A stretch of DNA of 63,241 bases, the filler included, from Pelomyxa schiedti (lineage: Eukaryota; Protista; Evosea), in assembly GCA_020536535.1 (NCBI GenBank). It is 4 parts of 4 records of this genome, joined end to end, with 100 filler letters (N's around TTAATTAATTAA, not from the genome) between each part and the next. Parts side by side here need not be neighbours in the genome. Positions count along the whole stretch, not along the records: positions 16,122 to 42,285 come from JAHLWZ010000081.1; positions 42,386 to 60,407 come from JAHLWZ010001122.1; 2 more parts are not named here. One strand, 5' to 3'. Position 1 is the first letter of the stretch, and every line of letters begins with the position of its first letter. Below, one piece after another: positions 36,947 to 49,231 of the stretch. The position numbers and the translations under genes were made by a program. The notes beneath the pieces are model-generated. The model had not been told where the DNA came from. It saw only the letters and a program-made list of their open reading frames with translations, and made no database searches.

Positions 36947-38983
36947 GTACCGTGGCTTGTCGTGTCCGCAGCCGATCCGACAATTTCAAGTAAGGACAGT
37001 GTGACGCTGATGAGTGTCGGCGAGGGATTCTTCCCTCTCGTGCCCCGCACGTGCCGCCTGGTGCTGTCCCACGACAACAAGTACTACAACGCACTCGAGG
37101 CGGCGGCCGAGGCCGGAGCCCAGTCGTGCCTCAATTGGCTCATCACGAACCACAACGCCAACAACAACAACAACGACGGGGTCAATGACCAAGCAGGGAA
37201 CCGGAGGAACGAGACCAAGGAGTTTATTCGCGTCGTTGGGGGCCTGTGCTGTGGTGGCCACCTGGACACCGCAACAAGGCTCATGGATGTTTATCGTGGT
37301 GGTCACGGTCACTGGCCTAGCAATGGGATCACGTGGTGGGGTGGTTGTCGTGGTGAAGGGGAGGGATACATTGTTGAGCATGTGAAGATGGAGAATACAA
37401 TTTCTGAGGTGTGCAGGAGGGGGCACTTGGATGTGGCAAAGTGGATGGTGGAGAGGTTTGGGTACACCGACCATTGGGAGCTGTTGTATGGGCCACTGAC
37501 TGCGGCTCTTTCCAAGGGGAGGCTGGAAGTAGCCAAGTGGATTATGGGTGAAATAAATGATCCACAGAGTGTGAAAAAGTACTTCTCTGGAAGACCTCGG
37601 ATCATTCATGGTTTGGCATGTCGGAGTGGAAACGTGGAAGCCATAAAGTGGGTGCTTCACATGTTCCCTTTGGACTATACAATCACTGGAGGCACCTTTT
37701 TCCATTACCTCAGAGAAAATTGCACTGCAGTGTGCGAGTGCATCAAAGAGCACGCTCCGCTTCCATTTAATCCTGGTGACATTGATTCCATCCCAAATGC
37801 AGAGGTACTCAGATGGACAACTTCTGCATTTCCTTCATTCAAGATCACCAGTGAAATCATTCAGATCGCTTGCCCCAAAGAAGGTGGGCTTGATCTTCTG
37901 AAGTGGGCCATTGAGGATCACTCAGTCACACCAACACCCGAACTGTTTCGTGCAGCCTGCAAAAACCGAACCGAAAATTTGGAGGTGATGAAGTGGCTGT
38001 CAACAAAGGTGACTCTTTCACCAGAGGATGCCTGTGAGTGCTTTGCCATTTCGCTGTCCATCAACAACATCACCACTGCGTCTTGGTTGGATGAGTCATT
38101 CGGCATCATGAAACATGCCACCACCACTCCATTTGGAGTAGGTTCAGTCTTTGTGAGAGTGTGCAAACACATCACACAGGAAAGAAGAATAGAGGGTGTA
38201 AAATGGATCCTGAATCATCCAGGGATGTCAAGGGTGGAAGAGAGGCTGATTGTGAAAGCTGTGAGGCACCTCGTGTTCAAAAAGAATTTGTCAGTAACAC
38301 CACTCCTCATCATTGAGAAGTTCCCCCTCATTAGTGAACCAACACGCACTGAGGTGCTCATTGGTGTACTGCAGGAAAGTGTTCAAGGTGACACCATTAC
38401 ACAAGTCAAGAAGGTGATTTCCATGGATGAATTCACAAAAGAGTCTGTTGCACAGTGCCTTGCAAACCCTGAGTTGAATGTGTTTGGGTCAATGAAGGCA
38501 TTAAAGTGGTTGATCACACACTTCCAACTCGAACGTGAGCACATCGCACTCAACAACAACACGTTGCTTCAGAACCTCCTTAAACATAGAAAGGCCAGTT
38601 GTGCAGAGTGGGTCATCAACAGATTCCACATCACCTTGGATGAGGTGTGATTTTCCCTTCCCAAAAAGACATTTTTAAGCTGCTTTTTTTGTGAACAGGT
38701 GCTGCTGCTGACCTGGGAGCCATCTCCCTTCACTGAGTCAGACCTGTTCACATGGCATATGATGCTGAGGGTGTTCCCAGGGATCACTGCAGAAACCGTG
38801 AAACAGCACTGGATGTGTTTTGTTACCAACACACCAGTCATTGCACAGTTCACGATGAGGGTGTTCCCTGACATCACAACACGTGACATTGCTGATTATT
38901 GGTCAGAACAGAAGCCATGGAAGAGGCCCTCAAGCATCCGCAATTGGCTTGGTGACGCCTTCCCAGTCCTCTGTCAGCTGTAA
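36947..38983 (+). CDS. Family B ankyrin-like repeat protein (5' end in gap; one 3' intron)
   Basis: TLMSVGEGFFPLVPRTCRLVL box followed by repeats such as GGHLDTA, RGHLDVAKWMVERF, KGRLEVAKWI, SGNVEAIKWV. GT-AG intron at about 38646-38698. Confidence 0.8.
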
Positions 38984-39139
38984 TAAAATGCAGTACTGAT
39001 TTGGGTTTTATTTTCGTTTTTTGTTGGTTTGCTTTTGGTGGTTCGTTGATACATATTTACAGGCTTTCTTTATGGTGTGTGCTTGACCACAAGGTCAGGT
39101 GCGTTTCCCCACCGCACTTCCGGTCTTGATTATTCTTTT

Positions 39140-39340
39140 TCGGGTTCTGTTGGTGTCGCGCATCGTGTGGTACAACGTTGTCCAGTGGGTGTTGCGCGAT
39201 CGTGGTCGCCGCTGTTGACCCCACCAGATCTGACGAGGGAGGACTGCGTGACACTGGCGAGCGTCGGCGAGGGCGTGTTCCCCCTCGTGCCCCGCATGTG
39301 TCGCCTCATCTTATCGCGCACCCATAAGTACCACACCGCC
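39140..39340 (+). pseudogene. Family B N-terminal remnant, frameshifted
   Basis: VLLVSRIVWYNVVQW in one frame, then VTLASVGEGVFPLVPRMCRLIL...KY in another frame, then truncated. Confidence 0.7.
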
Positions 39341-39442
39341 GGGCCGGTGGAGCTTGCGTCTGTGATTGTGTGGCGATCGCAGTCTCGATAGTAACTTAGA
39401 CTAATGAATTTTCGTTTTTTTTTGGAACATCAACCTCTTGTG

Positions 39443-40753
39443 ATGATACGAGACAACACGACGAGGGGAGCATTGGAGCACCACGACCGAGTTTTGTGGT
39501 TGTCGAGGCTATTGTGGGACAACGTGGTACCGTGGCTTGTCGTGTCCCCAACCGACAACGGCGATGGTGATGATGATCCCACAATTTCAAGTGAGTACAG
39601 TGTGACGCTGATGAGTGTCGGTGAGGGATTCTTCCCTCTTGTTCCCCGCATGTGCCGGCTGGTGCTGTCCCACGACAACAAGTACTACAACGCACTCGAG
39701 GCGGCGGCCGAGGCCGGAGCCCAGTCGTGCCTCAATTGGCTCATCACGAACCACACCAACAACAACAACAACGACCACGAGGTCGATGACCAAGCAGTGA
39801 ACCGGAGGAACGAGACCAAGGAGTTTATTCGCGTCCTTGGGGGCCTGTGCCGTGCTGGCCACCTGGACGCGGCAAAAAGGCTCATGGAGACTTATCATGG
39901 TGCCAGTGAACGCTACCAGCGGGGTGGTTGTGGTGAAGGGGAGGGATACATTGCTGCGCATGTGAAGATGGCGGATATACTTTCTGTAGTGTGTGGGAGG
40001 GGTCACTTGGAGGTGGTGAAGTGGATGGTGGAGAGGTTTGGGTACACCAACCATTGGGAGCTGTTGTATGGGCCACTGATGGCCGCACTTTCCAAGGGGA
40101 GGCTGGAAGTCGCAAAGTGGATTGTGGGATCAACTGATCCACGGGGCTTGAAAAACTACTGCGCTACAAAAGCTAAATTCATTCAGGGAGAAGCTTGCAG
40201 GAGTGGAAACGTGGAAGCTGTAATGTGGGCATTTGAGGTGTTCCCTTCAAGATTGAATACATTCACTGGAAACACAATTTTCCATTATCTCAGAGAAAAT
40301 TGCACCGCTGTGTGTGAGTGCATCAAAGAGCACGTCAGACTTCCATTTGATCCTGGTAACATTAATGCCATCCAAAATGCTGAGATCATCAAGTGGGCAA
40401 CTGAGGCAGAAGATTCATTCACCATCACCAGAGAGATTGTTCAGAAGGTTTGCCCAAAGGAAGGTGGACTTGATCTTCTGAAGTGGGCCATTGAGAAGCA
40501 CTCAGTCACACCAACAACGAAAATGTTTCATGCAGCCTGCAAAAACCCAAGGGAAAATCTGGAGGTGATGAAGTGGCTGTCAACAAAGGTGACTCTTTCA
40601 CCAGAGGATGCCTATGAGTGTTTTATCATTTCACTTGCAACCAACAACATCACCACTGCATCGTGGTTGGATAAATCTTTCAGAATCATGAAACTTGCTA
40701 CCAATTTTCACCACAGATCAACCTCCATCCTTGAGAGGGTGTGCGAACACATC
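39443..40753 (+). CDS. Family B ankyrin-like repeat protein, tandem paralogue of 36947-38983 (3' end in gap)
   Basis: VLWLSRLLWDNVVPWLV...VGEGFFPLVPRMCRLVL. Long near-identical nucleotide blocks shared with the upstream copy. Confidence 0.8.
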
Positions 40754-40853
40754 NNNNNNNNNNNNNNNNNNNNNNNNNNNNNNNNNNNNNNNNNNNNNNN
40801 NNNNNNNNNNNNNNNNNNNNNNNNNNNNNNNNNNNNNNNNNNNNNNNNNNNNN

Positions 40854-41929
40854 GTCAGTAGGGGATACCTATTATGTTTAAGTGGGGTGACGATGAAAAG
40901 GAGAGGGGGATTTACCACGGTGACAGGCTGTCATGGCAAGTCCACCACCAACTGTACAAGGTGAAACGAGAAAAAGAAGAAATAACATACCAGTGAGTGG
41001 CTGAGCTGCTGAAAGTCACAGAGGCCCCAATGCAACACTCCATGTGCATACAGCGTGAATGCGGAAAAAGGACCTAGAGAGTGGAGGTGAGTTATATATT
41101 TGAAGGGGGACTCAAAGAAGAGGAATACCGGTGGAATGGAGCCAAGCTGCACACGCATTCTGCTGACATCCACAACACCACCTTTCAAATGTGAGAATCG
41201 AAAAAGAAAAACGGAGAAGAGAAATGGAAACATACCGCTGTGCCCCTTCTCCTCGTCATCGAATCTTCAATGACCTGTGTTGTTGTGAGAACGAGAACGA
41301 GAACGAGAACGAGAACGAGAACGAGAACAAGAACAAGAACAAAAACAAAACAAGACTAGCCAAACGAAATAAAACAAACGAGACAGGGAAAAACAAAGTA
41401 ACACAAAAAGAACTGTGTGAAGCGTCACCTCAACAGTTCGAGGAAAAAAAAAACCAAAACAAAACCGAGAAACAACAAAGACTGGTGCTATCTCAATATA
41501 AAATAAAAAAATTAAAAACAAGCACATTGGGGGAAAAAAAAACGATACCGACGACTGAACGACCTGTGTCCCCAAAGGCGACGTTCTGTTGCACCACCAT
41601 CCACCGTTACCCGGCCACCAAACGGCAAAAATTTTTATTTTATTTATTCCTTCTGTGCAATTGAAACGAAAGTGACAAAAACAACATGTTCCCCGAAACT
41701 CCACACACTAAGCACCAAGTCAGATTGTCTTGCTGCAGTCTGCACCAAATGAGAGGAGACAAGTGCACAAACAATGAACTCAGTTAATTAATCCTAGGCG
41801 CGTTGGTCCCTTCCCTGTTGGAGCTAATCGACTTCTGCATCTGACTTAGTGGGATGGAGAGATTCCCCACTTTGGGTTTCCACTACCAATTTGGGCACGA
41901 ATTCCGCTCTCCAATGTGCAGACAAATTG
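40854..41929. repeat. Dispersed repeat, copy 2, containing a (GAGAAC)n tract
   Basis: Matches 21117-21691 with two additional segments. Confidence 0.9.
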
Positions 41930-42385
41930 TGTTAAATCTCCCCGATCCCATCCAAATTGGGGAACGTGGGCACACTTTGGATTCAGGGTGCCTCCTCCTG
42001 CTCCTCCTCCCCCCTCTCCCTTTTCCAATGCCTTGGCATCCCCATCATCACAACTGTCATCCTCTACCATCGCTCTCCTCACGCCACCAACAACACCCTT
42101 GGCTCCTCTTTTTGTTGTTGCAGTTGTTGCCTCACCCCTCTTGTTTCTTTTTTGGGTGCACCCTGAAACAGCAACCAGCAGAGTCGCGCACTGGCGCCCC
42201 CCAGAGATCACCGCCTCCACGTTGATCATGCCACTGTAGTTTTGGTCCACGACCTGACAGCTCCTCTTCTTCCTACTACTGTTGTNNNNNNNNNNNNNNN
42301 NNNNNNNNNNNNNNNNNNNNNNNNNNNNNTTAATTAATTAANNNNNNNNNNNNNNNNNNNNNNNNNNNNNNNNNNNNNNNNNNNN

Positions 42386-42484
42386 AGGAAAGGAAAGGAA
42401 AGGAAAGGAAAGGAAAGGAAAGGAAAGGAAAGGAAAGGAAAGGAAAGGAAAGGAAAGGAAAGGAAAGGAAAGGAAAGGAAAGGA
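42386..42484 (+). repeat. (AGGAA)n microsatellite at a contig end
   Basis: About 19 perfect pentamer units. Confidence 0.95.
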
Positions 42485-42489
42485 GAGGC

Positions 42490-45388
42490 AGTGATACCCA
42501 GAGTCCAGAAGTTAAAGCTGACTTCGCACTTGAACCATATAGAGCGGGATGTGATCTCCACACTGGTCACAATAGCCATAGCTTGCAACATATCGGATGT
42601 ATCACTAGTGCACAGTAAGACTTTGACTCAAAAGATTGGCATTGTACTCACTGGAAATACACACTGGTTAGTGAAAAGACTGCCATAATCAGGAGAGTAA
42701 GCGAGAGAAGAGAGTGTGAGTGTGACAAATACAAACCACGCTCTCTTGGGCCCAACGCACTCCAAATGAAATCAGAAACGCAGTACCCACGCCAAGAGTC
42801 ATAACAATAACGACTGTCAACCCTGTGACAAGAAGTATTGCCCTCACATCCTTCTCCTGCGGCATTTTCGTTGTATTTGTACAGCAGACGCGAAACCAAC
42901 TTAAAAATCAAGAGTTCCTAACTACTGGTGGCCTCCATCAAAAAAGAGAGTTTTCCTTCAGTCAGGTCCCACTGGCTAACAACAAAGAACCTTTCACAGA
43001 CTGCTTCAACTGCTCCCACATTGGACCTCAAACTTAGGGGAGTACCTAGGTTCAGAAAGAACCAGCTTCAGGAACATGCTTCCAAACCAAACTGTGGTTT
43101 CCTGTGTTGGGTAGTATTGGTCACAGAATTTTTTGGAATGCTCAGTCACTGTCCACACACAAGGTTTTTTTTTTTTTCTTCCCCTCTGACATATAAGAGA
43201 AAGGAAAAGAAAGCCAGTGTTCCCCAGAGTCCAAAAGTTGAAGTATACTTCACACTTTGAGTGAGTGCCATTCTGTTCTAGTGATTTCTGGTCTGCTAAC
43301 AGCTCTAGAGGTATTTTGAATGTTGAGAGGGAGTGAACGCTTGAGTGGATTGGTTGGTTATGTGTTTGAGAGCTATGTTGTTTTTGTTGGTGTGGGTGGT
43401 TGTTGTGATGGAGTTGTTTCGAGGTTAATGTGGGGCCAAGATAGCACAACAGCACAATGGGGCATTGTGATGGGCCGCGTGGGTGTTGGCGTGGTGGAAA
43501 GTACTTGTTGCACTATGGATTTCACCTCCGCGCCGGTGTACCTGATCGCGGCCGGGGGTGCGGTTCCTGGATTGGGAATGAGTGTTTTGGAAGCCTTGAA
43601 ACCAAGGGTATGTACCTGGCGGTTTTGGAGCAGCGCCTGTGCCTTTGGCCTCTGATGCGGTGCTTCCGGTGTTAAGTGGTGAACTTGGGGTTGAAACCGG
43701 TGTGGATTGTGATTGTGGGGATATATTTGCTGACTTGGATGCTACTTGGGGTGAAAACATCCAAAAAAATAGATGCGGGGGAAGTGGTACTTACTGGTGA
43801 TTTTGATGGATAGTCCTTGTGTTTTAAAACACTTTTCTTCCACTGAAGTAGAGCTACCTCGAGGTACGAGGGATGGCGGCCCTCTTCCATCAACATCACT
43901 AGGATGCGGAAGAAAAGGCATTGTAGAGTCCCCAGTTTGTCTCCACCTGTTCGCTAATGAGAAATGTAGAGTGAGTGCAATAGGTACCCTGAGGAGCTCA
44001 TGGCCGGAAGTGGGGTATAGCAGGTTGTAAGGATAGGTGTTGACTGAAGTGCAGGTGCCATTGGTGCCGGTGATAAATATGTACAGCGTGGTGGAGGGCA
44101 CACAAATTGTGGTGGTAATGTGTTGGCCTCCAAGGAAGGTTCCATCTGGGTGATTGGTGAATGTAGGGTATATGATTGATGTGGTGAATAAGAGAGAGTT
44201 GTGACGTTTTGTGGAAGTTGAGGTGGGGTGGGCTGATAAAATAGTATCGGGCTGATTGCCTTAGATTCATTCAACAAAGGGAAAAAATCCTCTGATGAAA
44301 TCGGTGGGGATAATGAAGGCGGTCTAGGGGGTGGTATAAATGGTTGCACAGTCCGTGGTTTGGAAGGATTCTTTACAAAAGCCCTAACACAGCTGCCAAG
44401 TAATTTTTTCCCCCATAAACCTTAATTTAATTAAACATATTGTCTTTCTTGAGTTAGAATGGTACTGTCAAATGCAGCCATGAGAGCTTTTTCATTCTGA
44501 AACAGAACCCGCCAGGAATCACAAACATCGGGGGTGGCATCCTTCACTTCAGCAACATCCTCGAAGAGTTTTTCAATGTCCTGTGGGGAATTTAAGATTC
44601 CAACCATGCACAAAATAAAGTCACGGGCAAAAAACGAAAGGGAGAGTGACATAAACAAAAGAAAACCGCAAACATCTCGCGTGACTGCCGCAGGAACATC
44701 TCGTATCACCAGTTCTTTCCTCTCATTAGTGGACGTGCCTGGGAATTCAGTAACTTTCACCAGCAATGCTCCAGATGGAATCTGTTCCTTTACATGAATC
44801 ACACTTGATGACCGAATAGCTTCTTCTACTCTCGTCTCGGATTCCCCAACATGGGAAGCTGTTTCGAAAGCCGTCAATGAAGATAGAAGGAACAGACACT
44901 GATATACGGACATAACAAACAAACGACCAAACAAACAAACAGATAGATAGAAACAGGTAGGGCATAAGCAATAGGGGACGAGGGACCAACGAACCTACAT
45001 CTGGCAGCGGGATACAGTAGTCCAGCGTCAGCCGCGACAGCAGCAGTGGCTCGTCCCGCAACTGCGGCGGCGACAGCAGCCACTCCAAATGTGACCTTAG
45101 CTTCCCAATGTCATGATCATCCCCCCCGCCGCCGCCGCCGCCATCACCAGCGTCGCCGCCGCAAGCGCACGCGTCACCACCGCGTGGTGCCGTCGTAACA
45201 TCTGTACCACTACCACTAGGAACCGGGACACAACCACCGACGGCCGATGTGTCTTCATCATCACGAGGCAGTGTTATAGGTGTCGTTGTCGTCAGAGGCT
45301 CGCGCTGCGTGGTAGGCGGCGGCAGGGATAGGTCCCGATGCTGCGATGCGGGGGGCTCGTCGGTGCTACTGCGCTCGCCGCCATCCAT
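42490..45388 (-). CDS. La-related RNA-binding protein (La motif + RRM, LARP4-like) with long C-terminal extension; 3' end in gap
   Basis: LRSHLEWLLSPPQLRDEPLLLSRL..DYCIPL...VEEAIRSSSVIHV (La motif) and ELVIRDVP...DIEKLF...SWRVLFQNEKALMAAF...CVRAFVK (RRM). Continuity of the 3' exons is inferred. Confidence 0.68.
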
Positions 45389-45739
45389 TTACTTTTGCTG
45401 TGATGTTTTGTTTCCCGTAATGATGGGTGAGCTGCTCGGGACTGGGGGCTGGGAGCCCCGAATTAGACACGAAAAGCTACCTCTGTACTACAAACAAGAA
45501 AAAAGAAGTTTGAGAGGACGGGGACAAAGTGACAGGAACACCATCACACTTGTTGAAGGTGTTCCGCATCTCTCACAACCCCTCCTCGACTTTTTTAGGA
45601 ACCCGCAGGGGGAGTTTTGTTGCTGCAGCTTCCGGCATTTGAGCGAGCTAATTTGTGATTCACAACCACCAACGGGTACATTGTGGGTAAGAGAGTTTTT
45701 GGAAAAGACGACGACGGTCTTTGGAAATTCTTTGTGAGT

Positions 45740-46418
45740 CTAGTGGTGAGACAGGGGCATTGACATTAGCATCCACTGTTCCTTGCCGTGCTGAACAGGG
45801 CTGGGTCCCATAAGCCCGAACCCCGCGCGTGAGTAGAGCCCAATGAGGTTTGGTTTGCATAGCAGGCACACACGATTCACATGCGAGCAGCTTCCAGCAC
45901 TGGCAATGTGATGCAGGTACTGTGACAGCATCCACAGGGCTATCCCGTGCCTGCGTAGTGACGGCCGCGTGACAACAGAGTGAATGCACAGCGTGGTGCC
46001 ATCCGGATCATGGTGGTGCATGGTCTCCTTGGTCAATTCACCACGCGCAAGTGTACCTGGTTGGTGTGTTATTGTCACTTATTGGCCGGGTATTGCCTAT
46101 AGTGTAGAATAGGGTAACTGGTATGCATATTCGATATAATAATTCCCTATTTTGTGACCATATCTTGAGCTCAGATACATAGTTTTACATACCGTTGATG
46201 AAACCAATGATGGTAGGTTCAAGTGGAATAGAAGCAGTGGGAGGCAGGGAAGCAACCAAATCGGGGGTAACGTCGCTTGAGTTGAGTACCCTGAAGCAGT
46301 CGGGAGCCACCCTCATTCTCATCAGCATGGTGTCCCTCTCCGCTGCCTCGTCCTCAGGGTACGACGTAGACTCCAGCCCATACAACTCGTCGATTTGTTC
46401 CTCCCTCGCTGCCTTCAT
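45740..46418 (-). CDS. GNAT acetyltransferase, AANAT/PAA1-like, 2 exons
   Basis: LESTSYPEDEAA...IIGFING-T...HDPDGTTLCIHSVVTRPSLRRHGIA...LLCKPNLIGLYSRAGF...HGKEQWMLM. Confidence 0.88.
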
Positions 46419-46582
46419 TGACAATTGCACAAACAACTACAGAAAAAAAAAATTAGATGGGGACGGCTGTGGCCCAGGAGAACACCACACCACGCAACAC
46501 ACTGCGTCTCCAAAAAAGCGTTGCGGAACCGCAAATCAAAGAAAAAAAAAAAAGTTTTTCTCGTTCGAAGGGGAATTTTTAA

Positions 46583-47914
46583 ATGAGGGAGGGTGGTGGG
46601 GCGTGTGATACCCCGCGGGGACCGTCGGCCGACGGGACGCAGGGCGACAAGCCTCCGTCGCCTCCGTCCAACCCGCCGTCGCCCGAGGTGCAGCCGTACG
46701 ACGGCGACGACTGTGACACGTCGCCCGGGGACGCGGATCTGGACGCGGCCCCGATCATGCTCGAAATAGACGTCACCGCTTCAATTGATGATGGCCGCGA
46801 CCACGGCCGCGAGGTGGTGATTCCTAGTACCAGTGCCGGTGGCGTCGACGACAACAAGAAGGAGGGCGGCGGCGCTGCGATTATGGGAGGAGCTGGTGCA
46901 AGCACAGCCGCCGGGGATCACTACCTCCTAAAAGTGGACAAAACATTGGCTACTGCACACGTGGCGGCGGCACAGCGGGAGCGGAGCAATAGCGCGACCG
47001 TCGGCGGCGTCTGCGTAGCGAATTGTGGGAACTGTGCGCGGTGCGGCAATGCCAAGCTCAGCCGGGAGAATAGGTCAATCTGCGACGTGAGGGAGAGAGT
47101 GGTAGCCTTTGGGAAGCGGACACCTCTGCTTATACAGAAAAGGAGCCGCGCTCAGCAAGTATCTCGGATCCGGGCTTCGCTGCTGTGGATTTGTCTGGCC
47201 CTGCTTCTGTTCGACGGGATTATTCTGGCCCTCGACCTGTCTATTTCCTCAACGACGCTGGGGCCGGCGGCAATGTCGCCAATACTGATGTTTATGAACG
47301 AATCCGGGACTTACTTTGAGAGGGCTAACAGGCCCCCTTTTATTGCGGTGGATAATGCAAGCGAAGCAGTGGGCAATACTACGGCTCCTGGCAATCTCGC
47401 TGCGTTGTTACTGGGTCCTCCGGTTGACTTCTTCAACCGGTCACTGATTGTGTTGGGGATGGTTGACCTGAGCTGCGGCTGGGCCTGTTTTCTGGCACAC
47501 TTTTTATCCCGCATCGTTGCTTTCACCTTCCCACTGTATACATACACAACCTTGGCCTGTTGCTTGTCTCGAAAGGCACTAGTAATGCAAGGCCTTACTG
47601 GAATTTGGAACTCAGTTGTGTGTGTAATTTCATTTGGGGGAGGAGTAATCCAACTCCGGCACCCATTACTACCTGCTGTGGTTGGGGGACCTTCAAAAGT
47701 GCCCCTTTGGCAGGGGATTTTGAAGTGTTTCAGTGGTACCAAGGGAGGTGATTGGTTCCTTACATGGGTGGAGCTTACTGTGTTGTTGATAGGGGCTATT
47801 TTGTACTTCTCTGCAGCTCTGTTGCTATTTGAAATGGCTCAGCTTTTGACAACTACAACAGTCAGCACAACCCTTGCGGCAAACAACAAAGGAGGAGGGA
47901 AATGTTGTTGTTAA
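46583..47914 (+). CDS. Hypothetical multi-pass membrane protein, 443 aa, intronless
   Basis: Long ORF with an acidic disordered N-terminus, about 4 hydrophobic segments and a C-terminal KCCC. Confidence 0.6.
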   Translation: MREGGGACDTPRGPSADGTQGDKPPSPPSNPPSPEVQPYDGDDCDTSPGDADLDAAPIMLEIDVTASIDDGRDHGREVVIPSTSAGGVDDNKKEGGGAAIMGGAGASTAAGDHYLLKVDKTLATAHVAAAQRERSNSATVGGVCVANCGNCARCGNAKLSRENRSICDVRERVVAFGKRTPLLIQKRSRAQQVSRIRASLLWICLALLLFDGIILALDLSISSTTLGPAAMSPILMFMNESGTYFERANRPPFIAVDNASEAVGNTTAPGNLAALLLGPPVDFFNRSLIVLGMVDLSCGWACFLAHFLSRIVAFTFPLYTYTTLACCLSRKALVMQGLTGIWNSVVCVISFGGGVIQLRHPLLPAVVGGPSKVPLWQGILKCFSGTKGGDWFLTWVELTVLLIGAILYFSAALLLFEMAQLLTTTTVSTTLAANNKGGGKCCC

Positions 47915-47979
47915 ATGTGTAAATACTACAAACCATATGAATACAGGGAAAATGTTCAATTTTTTGTTATTTACCAATT

Positions 47980-49037
47980 CTAAAACATGTTTGCCTTCTT
48001 CATTATTCTCAAGAAGTCATCCAGAGTTACTTCCCCATCTCCATCTATTTTGTTCCAAGATTTAGAACTCCATTTCGGTTCTATTTCAGTTTGGGAACAA
48101 CCTCTATCTGCAACATCAATCATTTCATGCAGAGCCTCATCAGTCATATCCTGCTCCCCAAGCTCCCGTGCTACACGCTGCAAGTTCTCAAATGTGATTC
48201 TGCCTTTATCCTCTTCATCAAACAGTTTGAATGCCTTGATCACCTCTTCCCTCATATCCTTTTCGCTCTGCATAAATTTTTTTGTTTTGTCAAACAATCG
48301 GATTAATTTAGCCAAAAGCTGTTTTGATGTAGAAATGTTACAAACCATTTTTACAGTCATAACATCCAAGAAAGATTGGTAGTCAACAACGCCGGTGTGG
48401 TCCTTATCTATCTCTAGCAGTATTCGCTTCACTTCATCTTTCTTCGGCTCGAATCCAAGAGCTCTCATTGCAACCTTGAGCTCTTTGGCATCAATTGTTC
48501 CTAAAGTGCCTTAATGTCAGCACTCCTATACAACACGCTTCACGCGATAAATAGGTTCCGAAATACTAACAACAAATAATATTATTAGCCCACAATCTAG
48601 CATAAGGTAGTCTCCGCCGCCTCCTAAACTAATCCCAGTCCAGCAACAACAGCAAAGAAAAACAAACCGGAGCCGTCAGTATCGAACAACTCGAATGCCT
48701 CCTTGATCTCCTGCCTCTGCCCCTCGGTCAGCGCAGGCACGCTCCCCCCCGTCCCGCCCCCGCCCTGCATCGGCGACGAGGCCGCCGCGTGCTGCTGCTG
48801 CTGCTGGGTGGCCGCGGGCCCCCCTCTCCCTGGCCCCCCCGCTGCTACTCGCCTCGTGGCCGCCTCCACGCTCCCACCTCGCTGCTGTGGCTGGGGGGCC
48901 TGCGGCTGCCGGGGCTGCTGTCTTGTAGGGTTGGTTGCAGAAGACGAGGTGGTGCCCGTCGTTGCTGCTGCCGATGTTGTTGCTGTGGGCGTGTTGTTGG
49001 CCAAACCACCACGTCGTCGCTCCCCCTCCGTTGCCAT
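47980..49037 (-). CDS. CETN: Centrin (EF-hand), 4 exons, long disordered N-terminus
   Basis: [45 protein letters not shown]...[11 protein letters not shown]...[15 protein letters not shown]...[12 protein letters not shown]. Confidence 0.93.
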
Positions 49038-49231
49038 CCACGTGAGATGGACAAAAAATCGATTTTTTGTTTTTTCCTGGAAGTGGTAATTAATAATCAG
49101 AATCATGATTGCCGGCAAAAGAATGGTTGGAAGACCCCGAGGACGGGTTGGAAAACTGAGTGTTGTTTGTATTACGACATGGTGGCGGGATTTTGGGAGT
49201 GAATCGGAAGCGGAGGGGTTTTATAGTTCTC

